Shown: piece after piece, positions 63,058 through 64,000 of the stretch
How the letters are laid out: every line of letters starts with the position of its first letter
Position numbering within the stretch: the first letter of the stretch is position 1
DNA from: Trypanosoma brucei
Lineage: Eukaryota
Length of the DNA stretch: 64,000 bases
Assembly (NCBI GenBank): GCA_000002445.1
Contig: CP000067.1
Coordinates: 384,001 to 448,000, forward strand
Direction: 5' to 3'
The notes under the pieces: generated by a model
What the model saw: the letters and a program-made list of their open reading frames with translations, nothing else
Databases searched by the model: none
What the model was told of the DNA's origin: nothing
Program-made: the position numbers and the translations under genes

Positions 63058-64000
63058 TTACAATACAATTGGTCTGAAGACCCGGAATATGCACGAGGTC
63101 CTCTCGAGGTGCTGATCGCTCCCTTGCACATCTTGGTTGAACAAAAGGCGGCGAAGCGTCCTGAATGTCAACATGTTTACCACATTGGCCCGCATATTGC
63201 GAAGCGGCTCGCGGTCAACACGTAGCAGGGAACGCATAATACAAGCCATGCACGCAAGGCATAGTTCAAAGTATATGAAAAAACAAACCACAAGGCGCAC
63301 AAACAGCAGAAGAGGTCGACCCGCCCAATGGTGAAAGATCCCGATTCGTTTCATATCTTTGAAGGTACCACTCACATCTGGTTTTAGCAGCGGTTCGCCC
63401 ACCTCCTTTGAGACGTGCCCACAAGCCATTAGTCCTTTAAGCATGTCATTATATCCCAATGTAAAGAGATCGCGGTGAGTTGCCTCAGCTGGAGGGCAAA
63501 GTCCCCACCACACAGGGACAAAAACGGTAGGGTGTATGGTTGCTGAACTGTAGTAAAAGGGTGACACGGTGATGGTGCTGGGCTCGCCCATGCGGGGCGT
63601 TACTGTTGTGAGGGCGCCGTCACACACCCACTCGCCGGTACTCCTCAGTTTGAACGGCATGCCCACTAGTGGCGCCAAGCAGCAAGATGCGAGCATGCTT
63701 TCCACGATCTCATCGTAGTTTTTAAAGGTAGTTATCACCTTCCCTTTTATATAGGGGAGTTTAGTGACATAAATCTCTAGCGACCCATCGTTCAACTTTC
63801 CATTTAGCTCGGGATTATTTTCCAGATCCCTCATGTGTTTTCCAAACATATCCAACGAATCCTTCAGATAATTGATCATACAAAAAAGGTATATCCATGA
63901 AGACCTGTAGTGCTCGCCGTACATGATGACCCGCTCTCGGACCTTTTCAAAGCAATGCATCTTTGACACGAGCATCGTTGCCGCTAGCGATCCGGCACTG
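63058..64000 (-). CDS. Patatin-like phospholipase domain protein (partial; N-terminus lies beyond the window end)
   Basis: The catalytic-dyad Asp motif (WVCDGALTT, D-G-A) is present. The reading frame continues upstream of the listed Met to the window edge. It encodes ...SAGSLAATMLVSKMH, the C-terminal part of the GxSxG nucleophile elbow (S-A-G-S), so the true start is beyond nt 64000. Confidence 0.7.
   Translation of the reverse strand, partial: SAGSLAATMLVSKMHCFEKVRERVIMYGEHYRSSWIYLFCMINYLKDSLDMFGKHMRDLENNPELNGKLNDGSLEIYVTKLPYIKGKVITTFKNYDEIVESMLASCCLAPLVGMPFKLRSTGEWVCDGALTTVTPRMGEPSTITVSPFYYSSATIHPTVFVPVWWGLCPPAEATHRDLFTLGYNDMLKGLMACGHVSKEVGEPLLKPDVSGTFKDMKRIGIFHHWAGRPLLLFVRLVVCFFIYFELCLACMACIMRSLLRVDREPLRNMRANVVNMLTFRTLRRLLFNQDVQGSDQHLERTSCIFRVFRPIVL

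Noticed and set aside
1-64000. CRISPR arrays, IS/transposons, prophage or defence-island style systems
   Set aside because: The sequence is eukaryotic (kinetoplastid). I found no direct-repeat/spacer arrays, no terminal inverted repeats flanking transposase-like ORFs and no prokaryotic gene signatures.

Overview
The window reads as eukaryotic nuclear DNA from a kinetoplastid, most likely Trypanosoma brucei or a close relative. It is a single directional polycistronic gene array: all 29 protein-coding genes I can support lie on the minus strand. They are intron-less and separated by low-complexity intergenic spacers of 0.2-2.4 kb. The spacers carry polypyrimidine tracts on the transcribed strand (purine-rich on +) and many (TA)n and (CA)n/(GT)n microsatellites. 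I see no prokaryotic-style features (CRISPR, operons, IS elements), no rRNA/tRNA/snRNA, no retroelements (ingi/RIME/SLACS-like) and no VSG/ESAG/RHS-type surface genes.

Recognisable genes include a P4-type phospholipid flippase ATPase, an extended-SDR epimerase/dehydratase, a CCHC/WW/RanBP2 zinc-finger protein, a P-loop kinase, a VDAC/Tom40-like beta-barrel protein, PIP5K, the exosome nuclease RRP6, a nucleotide-sugar transporter, a mitochondrial carrier, a MAPR-type cytochrome b5-like protein, a beta-helix repeat protein, a CK1/TTBK-like kinase, a catalytically dead rhodanese, an NME7-like DM10-NDK, an EF-hand protein, a CxxC-less thioredoxin-fold protein and a patatin-like phospholipase that runs off the window end.

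The most notable item is at the window start (1-4008, minus strand). The ORF track misses it because its stop codon lies outside the window. It is an uninterrupted 1336-codon reading frame with a mitochondrial-type presequence and SIX complete dsRNA-binding-domain (dsRBD) modules. From memory of T. brucei chromosome 4 gene order this is plausibly the N-terminal half of the RNA-editing helicase REH2, which would then carry more dsRBDs than the two usually described.

Other items worth a second look are the beta-barrel protein with a textbook C-terminal beta-signal, two pseudo-enzymes, several ORF starts artefactually extended into splice-acceptor polypyrimidine tracts, three unusually long gene-free spacers, and five intergenic G/C homopolymer runs of 10-14 nt.
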